Below, in pieces: positions 1 to 9,529 of a stretch of DNA of 64,000 nucleotides. Under the pieces are notes generated by a model. It saw nothing but the letters and a program-made list of their open reading frames with translations. It did no database searches and was not told the origin of the DNA. The translations under genes were made by a program, and so were the position numbers. This DNA is from Octopus vulgaris (lineage: Eukaryota): NCBI GenBank assembly GCA_951406725.2, contig OX597817.1, forward strand, positions 84,692,001 to 84,756,000, in the 5' to 3' direction. Numbering within the stretch: the first letter of the stretch is position 1; each line of letters begins with the position of its first letter.

Positions 1-73
1 GACATTGGACTTGTGCAGTTCACTGTTTTCTTTGTGTTCCTACAATACTGTTCCATTCTTAGGAGGTGGAAGA
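1..73 (-). CDS. Possible exon of an unidentified - strand gene running off the left edge (MEQYCRNTKKTVNCTSPM...)
   Basis: On the - strand, ttttggtttcag (acceptor-like) is followed by an ATG and an open frame to the window end. No homology recognised. Confidence 0.25.
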
Positions 74-661
74 CTGAAACCAAAATAAGCCCACTGTGTG
101 TGTGTGCCTTAGTACATTTCTTTACATCTGCATTCTACAACAGTCATTATGAATATTGTTGTTATTACTTCAATCAGCAATTTGTTGCTCACTTCACACC
201 TTAATAGATGTGTAAAATAAAAGACTACTTTCTTGAAAGACAGGTAACAATTAGCAACAGGAAGAGAGTCTAAGTGTAAAACAAGGCCTGAATAATATAT
301 TATTCAATCCATGCTAACATAGAAAAGCAGATGTAAAATAAACAAATTCCTCTGTAACATTCTGCACGATGATCATCCACATGCAACTCAAGTATCCCAT
401 ATCAGACATTACATATAAAATGCATAAGGAAAGACTTTGTAAGAATCTTTCAAGGAGAAATGACAATTTAGTCTTTCTCCCTATTAAATATCCACATAGC
501 TCAATCACAATACAAATCTAAGGAATCCTAATATCTCACCCTCACCAATTATAAACATACAACAAAACATCTGAAAGTTTCTACAAATTCAAGGCTTCAG
601 TCTTGAATGATCTCTCATGCAACAAAGCCAAAAACTGCATCATAGGGACTATGATTCCTCT

Positions 662-1064
662 TTAACTTTTTAGTATTTAAACCAGCCATCTCAGGCCCAA
701 ATATTCAACCTGTTCAATATTTATGTTCAAACCAGACAGATCCATTCATACCTATCCTACAATATCATTCTAAAAATAAACAATCATCATCTAATGTCTG
801 TTCTCCATTCTGGCATGGTTTGAACAGTTTGACAAGAGTTGGCTATCTCGAGGGTTGCCTGGGCTCCACTTGTCTGTTTTGCCATGCTTCCTATTTTGCC
901 CTTCCTTAGGCAAGCACTTTAGAGTGCTTCTATGTGGCACTGACTCAGGTGCTTTTAAGTAGCACCAAAATCTCAAGGATATAAGATAATGCACATTTAA
1001 TTCAAAACAATGAAAATAAATAAGTATTACATTTGACAGAATAATCTGAATGCTAGAAGATTAA
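662..1064. mobile_element. Degenerate TTAA-flanked (piggyBac-like) MITE interrupted by an RTE tail fragment (~783-975)
   Basis: ttaactttttagtatttaaacc ... gaatgctagaagattaa. Related copies at ~18783-18960 and ~52570-52745 (reverse). Confidence 0.5.
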
Positions 1065-2615
1065 AGCCACAAAACCCTTCATCCTCTAACTCTCTACAAG
1101 GTTCAAGACTTACAATGGAGTATTGTTCACATCTGCAGAATAGTGCAACTACCATTCACACAAACATTCAATATAACATTTGAAAGAGAGCCATTTGAAT
1201 GATCAGTAAAGATTTATTCACTAGCTCGCCCCTAAAATAGCACAGCTTGATTACAATCGATCATAGGTCTCTTCAGTCAGGATTGACTGACCAACAAAGT
1301 TCTGAGCCACTCAGTCATGTACTTTCTCCCTTCATACTCATTCATCATCCTTACTAGTCTAAACCTTCTTCCAAAGAACTAAAACTATCAGAGTTCTTTA
1401 CTCCACTCTTTCTTTTTTTGTTACTATTCATGTTTCATGCAACGCAAATTACAATTCTCACCTCACTCCAATTCCTTGTCCTTTTCTTTCCCCATGAGGT
1501 AGTGATTACTATTCCCAAAGTCCACCCTGTAATTCTCCAGAAAACAGTCCCATCCACGTTTTTCAAAAAGATATTCAGGTTAAAACGTGGACCACATCAA
1601 TGTGGGACAGTAATATGAATAATATTCACCTACTCTTACTTTTGTTTGTTTTTTTTTTCTTTTTCTTCTTCCTGGTGTTTTCATTACTTTGTCAAAAATG
1701 CTATGGACTTCTGTAGCAATCTAATTTATTCACATAATCACGAAGGATACCTGAACTGAAATAAACGTCAGTCAAGCTTTTCCTACCTCACCAAAATATA
1801 AATCAATATTGTTTTACATAATTTGAAATATTGCATTTGGTTTTGGGACGAAATCCTTATACTCGAATGCAGAAAAACATAAACACAACAAAAAGAAAAA
1901 AATCAATAGTAATTTTTTCATTATTACTGAATAAATTCCTGAAGCAAAACTAGAAATAAAAATGAAAACCATCAGCGCGGAATACTAATAACGTATTATT
2001 TTACTGAATGTCTATATTATCTGTAAATGTGCGTAATGTATGAGTGTATACTGTTCTACAAAGCTATCTTATACATGCAGGATAGGCTTTTGAGTAAACG
2101 ATATACAGGGACAATAATACATCAAATGAATTATTATAAGTGTTATAATTATGTGACCCCATTTCAAGCAATACATTTATGACGGTATTATTTTAAGGTT
2201 ACACCGTTTTCTCCTTTACGACAACAATAGCAAGAAAACTTTCAAGATTTTAATTTAAATAAATGAAAAATAACAAATTAAGCTAGATAAATAACTTTAA
2301 AATTAAATGAGTTTATTTTGCAAGCATATTATAGAGAAATATACAGAGAGAAGAAATTTAGGCGAAACGGATGTGACGGTTTCTTCTGTTAGTGTTTGTT
2401 TTTAATTATGTAATTAAGTTAAAGCTAATAAAACTTGGAGTTTATAAAGCTATGAAAAGGAATAACATGTAGTGTATTTTATAAAATTGTTTCTTACGAA
2501 AGATAAAGAAATTAGAAAATTATGTTAAAAGACAATGGGAGGAAATCTGTTAAGATTATCAAAATAAATGTGGAGAGGAAGTTTAAATATAGAGGTTTAC
2601 GGGAAACTGTACGAA

Positions 2616-2959
2616 TAATGAAATTCTCTACGAATATGTGTTACATCATGTAGACTTCGAATATACAAAACTTGTGGAGGAAAGTGTTTTAGGAGGTGGT
2701 GGGGTAATTCGGAAAATTCACTGGCGTCCACTTCAGTTCGTCTTAACTTTTAAGAAAATGGATAATTTTTTAACGAAATTCTCTAAAAATATACCTTGGA
2801 CTATGTAGATTCCGAGAACATAAGAATTTGGGGGGTAAACAACTGGGGGTTATTTTTGAGAACCGTTCCCCACTCGAGGATGTTTCAGAACAAGTCGTCC
2901 ATATTTGTTTCATTTTCTCCGTTTTGTGCATCCGTAGATTTCTACCACACTCTCTCTCT

Positions 2960-2993
<34 letters not shown>

Positions 2994-3652
2994 CGGAATT
3001 AAAAAAGTTCAAATGGGGAATTATTTCATTCAACATCATGTTCACTATAGAAATTATGTAACAAATTATACTTCACACTTCTATATTTAACTGTGCGTGT
3101 ATATTATTTATTTTTGCTTTTGGTGTCTTCTGCCTTTCTATTAGAAACATTTACCTGGGAATTAACTTAAAGTGAAAAAAAGATCCAAAAGATCGTATGC
3201 AACAGGTAAATCGTCTTCATATTTCTGTGTACCAGAGCTGGTGCTGTATTTTTAGCATGACGAGTTTTCTGGTGAGGGCTTCATTTGCCTTCATTGTCCG
3301 TTTGTTGCTTCAGTAGAAATCTACGGATGCACAAACGCACAAAACGGAGAAAATGAAACAAATATGGACGACTTGTTCCGAAACACCCCTGAGTGGGGAA
3401 CGATCCTCAAAAATAACCCCCAACTGTTTTCCCCAAAAAATTCCTATGTTCTCCGAATCTACATAGTCCGAAATATATTTGTAGAGAATTTTTATTAAAA
3501 AATATTCATTTTTCTTGAAAGATAAGACGAACTGAAGTGGAAGCCGGAGACTTTTCCGAAATCCCCCACCACCTCCTAAAACACTTTCCCCTAAACGTTT
3601 TGTATATTCGGAATCTACATGATATAACGCATATTCGTGGAAAATTTCATTA
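2616..3652. repeat. Long inverted repeat: arms 2616-2945 and 3313-3652
   Basis: The arms are reverse complements over ~330 bp, e.g. aagtcgtccatatttgtttcattttctccgttttgtgc vs gcacaaaacggagaaaatgaaacaaatatggacgactt. Confidence 0.85.
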
Positions 3653-3730
3653 AAAAATATCCATTTTTCTGAAAGTTACGATCATCCAAAATTCGGGGGT
3701 GGGGCAGAAATCTGTAGTTATGCCTATATA

Positions 3731-3993
3731 TCATCATCGTTTAACGTCCGTTTTCCGCGCTAGCACGGGTTGGACGGTTCGACCGGGGTCTGGGAAGCCA
3801 GGGGCTGCACCAGGCTCCGGTCTGATCTGGCAGTGTTTCTACATATGGATGCCCTTCCTAACGCCAACCACTCCGCGAGTGTAGTGGGTGCTTTTTACGT
3901 GCCACAGGCACAGGGGAGTCTGGCATCGGCCACGATCGGTTGGTGCTTTTAACATGCCATCCGGAACGGAAGCCAGCCAAGGCGGCGCTGGCA
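3731..3993 (-). mobile_element. RTE LINE 3' tail fragment
   Basis: catcatcgtttaacgtccg...ctggatgcccttcctaacgccaacc motif. The same tail is joined to the RTE ORF C-terminus at 11629-12276, and related 3' UTR sequence is joined to it at 23170-23838. Confidence 0.8.
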
Positions 3994-4080
3994 TAAGGGG
4001 TTTAGTTCACTGGTGATCTAAACGAATGGATACGTTAAGTAAGTTCTATAATTGGTCATCCATTATTCAAGCGGTAATTA

Positions 4081-4141
4081 CCGACCAAAGCCTTGTGAGT
4101 GGATTTGGTAGACGGAAACTGAAAGAAGCCCGTCGTATATA

Positions 4142-4176
<35 letters not shown>

Positions 4177-4383
4177 GCGTGTGTGTGCTTGTCCCCCTAG
4201 CATTGTTTACCAACCGATGCTGGTGTGTTTATGTCCCCGTTACTTAGCAGTTCGGCAAAAGAGATCGATAGAATAAGTACTGGGCTTACAAAAGAATAAG
4301 TCCCGGGGTCGAGTTGCTCGATTAAAGGCGGTGCTCCAGCATGGCCGCAGTCAAATGACTGAAACAAGTAAGAGTAAAGAGTA
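4081..4383 (+). mobile_element. tRNA-derived SINE (CORE-like family), 3' part with internal microsatellite
   Basis: ccgaccaaagccttgtgagtggatttggtagacggaaactg...ctccagcatggccgcagtcaaatgactgaaacaagt. Further copies at ~24420-24830, 36335-36665, 36700-37070 and 63600-63870. Confidence 0.75.
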
Positions 4384-4524
4384 TATATATACACACACAC
4401 ATACATATATACACACACACACACATACACATATATATATACACACACACACATATACATACATATATATACATATATGTATATATATATACGTACATAT
4501 ATATGCATATATATATATTATGAT

Positions 4525-4880
4525 ATGTAGAAAAATACAAACTGAGACAAGAACGCATAAAAACTTAGAAGACGATACAACAAACACAGACAGGACATTC
4601 GAAGCCCTCAGTCTTCAGTCAAGAACCGGATCATCGTAGTAATTTCGGCTGATTAATCTTGAGATTACTAGAACCGGCCAGCCCTCCAGGAAAAACTAAG
4701 CAACGAGCATTAGAAAAACTAAGCTAGGAGCGTAGATTTCCTGGAAGAAGGATCGAATGCATACGAACACAGGGACAGCAAAACGGACGGTGCCACACGA
4801 ATATAAAAAACAAAAAACAATAATGAAATACAAAAACGTGAAATACAAAAGCAATAATGGTAAAAACAGCAACGTGAAAT
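4525..4880 (-). mobile_element. Repeat resembling a Penelope-type terminal repeat, carrying a permuted hammerhead-like motif
   Basis: Inserted in a (TA)n/(CA)n tract. The - strand contains the hammerhead core segments followed by a T-rich tail. Confidence 0.45.
4602..4670 (-). ncRNA. Putative non-circularly permuted hammerhead ribozyme
   Basis: - strand reads TAGTAAT C TCAAGA ttaatc AGCC GAA ATTACTA ...12 nt... TCTTGA CTGAAGA ctgag GGCT. Perfect 7-bp helix III, perfect 6-bp helix I, intact CUGANGA and GAAA, AUC triplet. Confidence 0.55.
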
Positions 4881-4982
4881 ATATATATATATGAGACTCA
4901 GTCTCAACGTATAGCTCACCACTTCACCCTACGTGGATATCCCCTCACCACTATCCACACCGCCCTTGCCAGAGCACGGTCC

Positions 4983-5957
4983 GTGGATCGTGTATCTGCT
5001 CTCTCTCCCCGAACCCGCCCTGTAGTCTCCCGCCTCCCTTTTCCCCTCACTTACCACCCCACGACCCTACGTCTCCAACGCACCATTCTTCGAGCTTTCC
5101 GTCATCTCCAGTCCGACCCGTCCACTTCACACCTCTTCCCTAACCGACCCCTCCCCTCTTTCAAACGAGCCCACAACCTTCGAGACCTTTTGGTCCATAG
5201 CTCCTTCCCTGACCCTACCTCCCAACCCGGCTCGTTCCCCTGCTCCCGCCCACGTTGCCGCACTTGCCCTTACCTCTCCAACACCACCCGCCTCACTAGC
5301 ACCCACCATCGACCCTATCCCATCATCCACTCCTTCACCTGCACCTCCAGCAATATTATCTATTGCATCTCTTGCTCTCTCTGCAATTCCTTGTACATCG
5401 GACAAACGGGACGCCGCTTGGCTGACCGGTTCGCGGAACACCTTCGTGACATCCACCTTGCGAACGACACACCGGTCTCACGCCATTTCCGCTCCACCGG
5501 TCACTCCTTGCAACACCTATCTGTGTTCGGTTTGTCCTTACACAGAGGCCATCCGGATTCCCGTTTGCGCCGTGAACAGGAATTAATCTTCTCTCTTCGC
5601 TCTTATACGCCATTTGGTCTCAACTCTTCCCCCTCCTCATCTAACCCCCCTCTCCCCCCTCCTCACCTATCCTTTCTCCCCCCGACCCATACTTCTTCAG
5701 TCCTTCATCCTTTCACCCCGACTCCCCTTCCCTTCTTCCCTCTTTCTCCCTCCCTCTTCCCCTTCCCTCTGCTCCCTCACTCCCTCTCTCCCCTTCTCTC
5801 TCCCCCTCTCCCTCTTTCCTCCTTCATCCCCCTCATCCCCTTCCTTCTCCCCATCCTCTCCTCTCCCCCTTCTCCTCCTCCCCTTCTCTCCCCCCTCTTC
5901 TTCTCCTCACTACACCACATGACTTTACACATCACATCACATGATGTGCCATACTAA
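4983..5957 (+). CDS. Penelope-like GIY-YIG endonuclease (partial; C-terminal run-on through the C/T tract)
   Basis: IIY...YIGQT...RF.EH motifs and an upstream CxxxxCxxC. Confidence 0.8.
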   Translation: MDRVSALSPRTRPVVSRLPFPLTYHPTTLRLQRTILRAFRHLQSDPSTSHLFPNRPLPSFKRAHNLRDLLVHSSFPDPTSQPGSFPCSRPRCRTCPYLSNTTRLTSTHHRPYPIIHSFTCTSSNIIYCISCSLCNSLYIGQTGRRLADRFAEHLRDIHLANDTPVSRHFRSTGHSLQHLSVFGLSLHRGHPDSRLRREQELIFSLRSYTPFGLNSSPSSSNPPLPPPHLSFLPPTHTSSVLHPFTPTPLPFFPLSPSLFPFPLLPHSLSPLLSPPLPLSSFIPLIPFLLPILSSPPSPPPLLSPLFFSSLHHMTLHITSHDVPY

Positions 5958-6458
5958 TACACACACCAACTAATACATACTAATACGTACTAATACATAC
6001 TAGTACATACTAATACTTACACCAACCCTATACATACACACGTCCAGACCCCGCATACGCACTTATACTCTCTCACACACACACACACACACCTATACAT
6101 ACCAATACGTACTAATACATACTAATACATACTAATACATACACCAACCCCATACATACGCACGTCCAGACCAATCTTACGCACTAATACTCTCTCATAC
6201 ACACACACACACACACACACACACCCTTATACATACTAATACATACACCAACCCTATACATACATACATCCAGACCCCTCCCACGCACTTTTAGCTGGTC
6301 CCTCAACCCATTTATCAGCCCTATTATCTCCCCTTATTTCGCTCTCGCGTCTCATGTTTGATCTTTGACCTCTGGCCGAAATCAGATCGCCATGTTGATT
6401 CGTTAGCTACTGCACGCATTTTTTTCTCTCCTTCTTTCTGTGTTTTTCTCTCTCTGTA

Positions 6459-6496
6459 TCTTTCTGTTGAAGAGCGTAGGCTCGAAACGTTAAAGA
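6459..6496 (+). ncRNA. Minimal type I hammerhead-like motif (Penelope type, A6U variant)
   Basis: TCTTT CTGTTGA A GAGC-gtag-GCTC GAA ACGT T AAAGA. Helix I 5 bp, helix II 4 bp, palindromic ACGT helix III. Confidence 0.65.
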
Positions 6497-6637
6497 CTTG
6501 TTTTATTTATATTTCCTGAGCGCCATACTAATACAATTGTTCGTTTGTTTTCCACCTGCCTTCGTCTTTTGTTTATTTTCATAAAGCTTCCCGTTATATA
6601 TATACGTATATATACATATATATATATATGTATATAC

Positions 6638-6670
<33 letters not shown>

Positions 6671-6673
<3 letters not shown>

Positions 6674-7098
6674 TCATCATCTAATGTCCGCTTTCCATGC
6701 TAGCATGGGTTGGACGGTTCAACTGGGGTCTGGGGAGCCCGAAAGCTGCACCAGGCCAGTCAGATCTGGCAGTGTTTCTACAGCTGGATGCCCTTCCTAA
6801 CGCCAACCACTCCGAGAGTGTAGTGGGTGATTTTATGTGCCACCGACACAGGTGCCAGACAAGGCTGGCGAACGGCCACGCTCGGATGGTGTTTTTTATG
6901 TGCCACCGACACAGGTGCCAGATGAGGCTGGCGAACGGCCACAATCGGATGGTGTTTGTTACGTGCCCACAGCAAGGAGGCCAGTTGATGCGGTACTGGC
7001 TACGGCCACGTTCGGACGGTTTTCTTGTGTGCCACCGGCACTGGTACCACAAAGATACAAATTCCATTGATGTTCATCTATTTTGATTTGTTTTGATT
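6671..7098 (-). mobile_element. RTE LINE 3' tail with ~63-bp internal tandem repeats
   Basis: The (CAT)n end at 6671 and repeated tgccaccgacacaggtgccaga units. Confidence 0.8.
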
Positions 7099-7125
7099 GT
7101 GTATATATATATATATGTGTATATA

Positions 7126-7165
<40 letters not shown>

Positions 7166-7216
7166 TATATCTATATATATGTGTATATATACATATATAT
7201 ATATATCTATATCTAT

Positions 7217-9202
7217 AGCCACTGACCAGATCTGTGGCGGTGCAAAGTCCCCTCTCGTCCCAAGGTAATGTGGTGGTGGAACAGTGTTGTAGACAGGGCT
7301 ATTAGAGAAAAGAGACAGACTTGGAAGCACTGGAAGAATGGTGGTAGCAGGGAATTGTATCAGACTGCCAAAAGGGAACCTAGGAGACAGGTCTATCTAG
7401 CCAGAGGGGAAGCAGATAAGAAAAATTTGCCAATGTTCTGCGCCGTGAGGACCAAAGACTGGAGGTGTTTCGCGTTGCAAGACAGTGTGTGAGAGAGAAT
7501 TGTGATGTGGTAGGAGAGAAGTGTGTTCGCATGGAAGATGGTTCACTTGCGCTAAATGAGGATGCAAAGAGAGAGGTTTGGAGACGCCACTATGAAAGGT
7601 TGCTGAATAAAGAAAATGAATGGTATAAAGAGAGTCTGCCAAATGTTGACCCAACAGAGGGACCAGCTATCCGAGTTGATAGTTCCTTGGTAGTTAAGGC
7701 AATTAGAAGCATGAAGACAGGGAAAGCCCCAGGCCCATCAGGAATCACTGCAGAGATGCTCAAAATATCTGGTAGTGTCGGCTATAGCCTAGTCACCCGT
7801 ATAGTTAATCAGGTGATACACGAAGGAGTCATACCCAATGACTGGTGTAGCAGCATAATAGTCAACTGCTACAAAGGTAAAGGTGACGCCCTAGATACAA
7901 ATAATTACAGAGGTATCAAGCTGTTGGATCAATTGATGAAGGTTACGGAGAGGGTCATAGCCCAACTAATTAGAGAGAGAGTTAGTTTAGATGAGATGCA
8001 GTTTGGGTTCGTGCCAGGGAAAAGTACCACTGATGCTATATTCCTGGTAAGGCAGCTGCAGGAGAAATACCTAGCCAAAGATAAGCCCCTGTACCTGGCT
8101 TTTGTTGACATGGAGAAAGCCTTCGACAGGGTCCCCCGATCCCTTATCTGGTGGTCAATGAGGAAACTAGGGATAGATGAATGGTTAGTGAGAGCTGTGC
8201 AAGCCATGTACAAGGACGCTGCTAGTAAGGTGAGGGTTGGCAACGAGTACAGTGAAGAAATCCAGGTAGAGGTAGGGGTCCACCAAGGCTCAGTCTTCAG
8301 CCCCCTCCTATTTATCATAATCCTCCAGGCAATAACGGAGGAATTCAAGACAGGATGCCCCTGGGAGCTCCTCTATGCTTGATGACCTTGCTCTAATTGC
8401 TGAGTCACTATCAGAACTGGAGGAGAAGTTTCAGGTGTGGAAGCAAGGATTAGAATTGAAGGGCCTTAGAGTCAATCTAGCTAAAACCAAAGTTGTAATA
8501 AGTAGGAAGGTAGACAAATCACAAACGCCTTCAGGTAGATGGCCCTGCTCAATCTGTAGAAAAGGTGTAGGTAGAAACTCTATAAGATGCACCAAGTGTA
8601 AGCTATGGACACATAAGAGGTGCAGCAATGTCAAAGGAAGGCTAACTAGGAAGATGGTTTTTGTATGTGGCAGATGCTCAGGAACAATAAACACTGAAAA
8701 TGTTCTGAGACCAACTTCTGTCACTTTCCAGGGAGAAAAACTAGAAATAGTTGATAGCTTCCATTACCTAGGTGACCAAGTCAGTAGCAGGTGTGCTGAA
8801 AGTGTAACTGCTAGAGTAAGAATAGCTTGGGCAAAGTTCAGAGAGCTCTTACCTCTGCTGGTGACAAAAGGCCTCTCGCTCAGAGTAAAAGGCAGACTGT
8901 ATGACGTGTGTGTACGAACAGCCATGCTACATGGCAGTGAAACATGGGCCGTGACTGCTGAGGATATGCGTAAGCTCGCAAGAAATGAAGCCAGTATGCT
9001 CCGATGGATGTGTAATGTCAGTACTCATACTCGACAGAGTGTAAGTAGCTTGAGAGAAAAGCTGGACCTAAGAAGCATCAGATGTGGTGTGCAAGAGAGA
9101 TGTTTGCACTGGTATGGGCATGTGGCGAGAATGGATGAAGATAGTTGTGTGAAAAAGTGCCACACCCTAGCGGTTGAGAGAACCTGTGGAAGAGGCAGAC
9201 CC
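7217..9202 (+). pseudogene. RTE-clade LINE reverse transcriptase, frameshifted, truncated at both ends
   Basis: KAPGPSG, YKGKGD, NYRGIKLL, QFGF, AFVDMEKAFDRV and GVHQGS motifs. YADD is broken by a +1 T (tatgcttgatgac, ~8374-8386). Cys-rich insert; ends at TCGRGRP. Confidence 0.92.
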
Positions 9203-9231
9203 ATATATACATATGAAAATTGCTACTTTTA

Positions 9232-9520
9232 AATCTCACAACGTGAGATATTCAGCAACAGTACTTTGTAGTAAAGATTGTTTGCCAACATAACATTGCA
9301 GTCCTGGTTTAGACTAATGTTGCTGTAATTTATCCCCAAGAGACATCATCTCCAGCTGGCTATACGACACAATTTGTGTCTTTATTTTCGAACAAGGGAA
9401 TCTAGTACCCCCACTCAGCTCAATTACAGCAGTGTTAGTCCTAAACCAGGACTGCCATGTTATGTTGGCAGCCAATCCTTACTACAAGTACTGTTGCTAA
9501 ATATCTCATGTTGTGAGATT
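9232..9520. mobile_element. MITE with ~100-bp terminal inverted repeats
   Basis: 9232-9330 is the reverse complement of 9422-9520. A partial reverse copy lies at 11460-11615. Confidence 0.8.
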
Positions 9521-9529
9521 AATTTTCAA

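Larger units (their letters stand above)
4893..6596 (+). mobile_element. 5'-truncated Penelope-like retroelement (RT C-terminus, GIY-YIG, 3' region with hammerhead)
   Basis: ORF 4983-5957 contains CSRPRCRTC and FTCTSSNIIYCISCSLCNSLYIGQTGRRLADRFAEH...GLN (PLE GIY-YIG). It is followed by a pyrimidine tract, ~130-bp tandem units and a hammerhead at 6459. Confidence 0.9.

Noticed and set aside
1743-1750. GTATCCTT on the - strand (U12 donor-like)
   Set aside because: No supported upstream coding exon and no U12 branch point downstream; expected by chance.
4197-4639. Many 60-150 aa ORFs rich in Y/I/C/V/H/T (also near 7083, 20779, 35409, 50479, 63029)
   Set aside because: Translations of (TA)n/(CA)n microsatellites.
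6360-6388. GATCT...GAAATC AGATC hammerhead-like stem
   Set aside because: The core TTGACCT lacks the 3-8 pair and A9, and there is no helix II.
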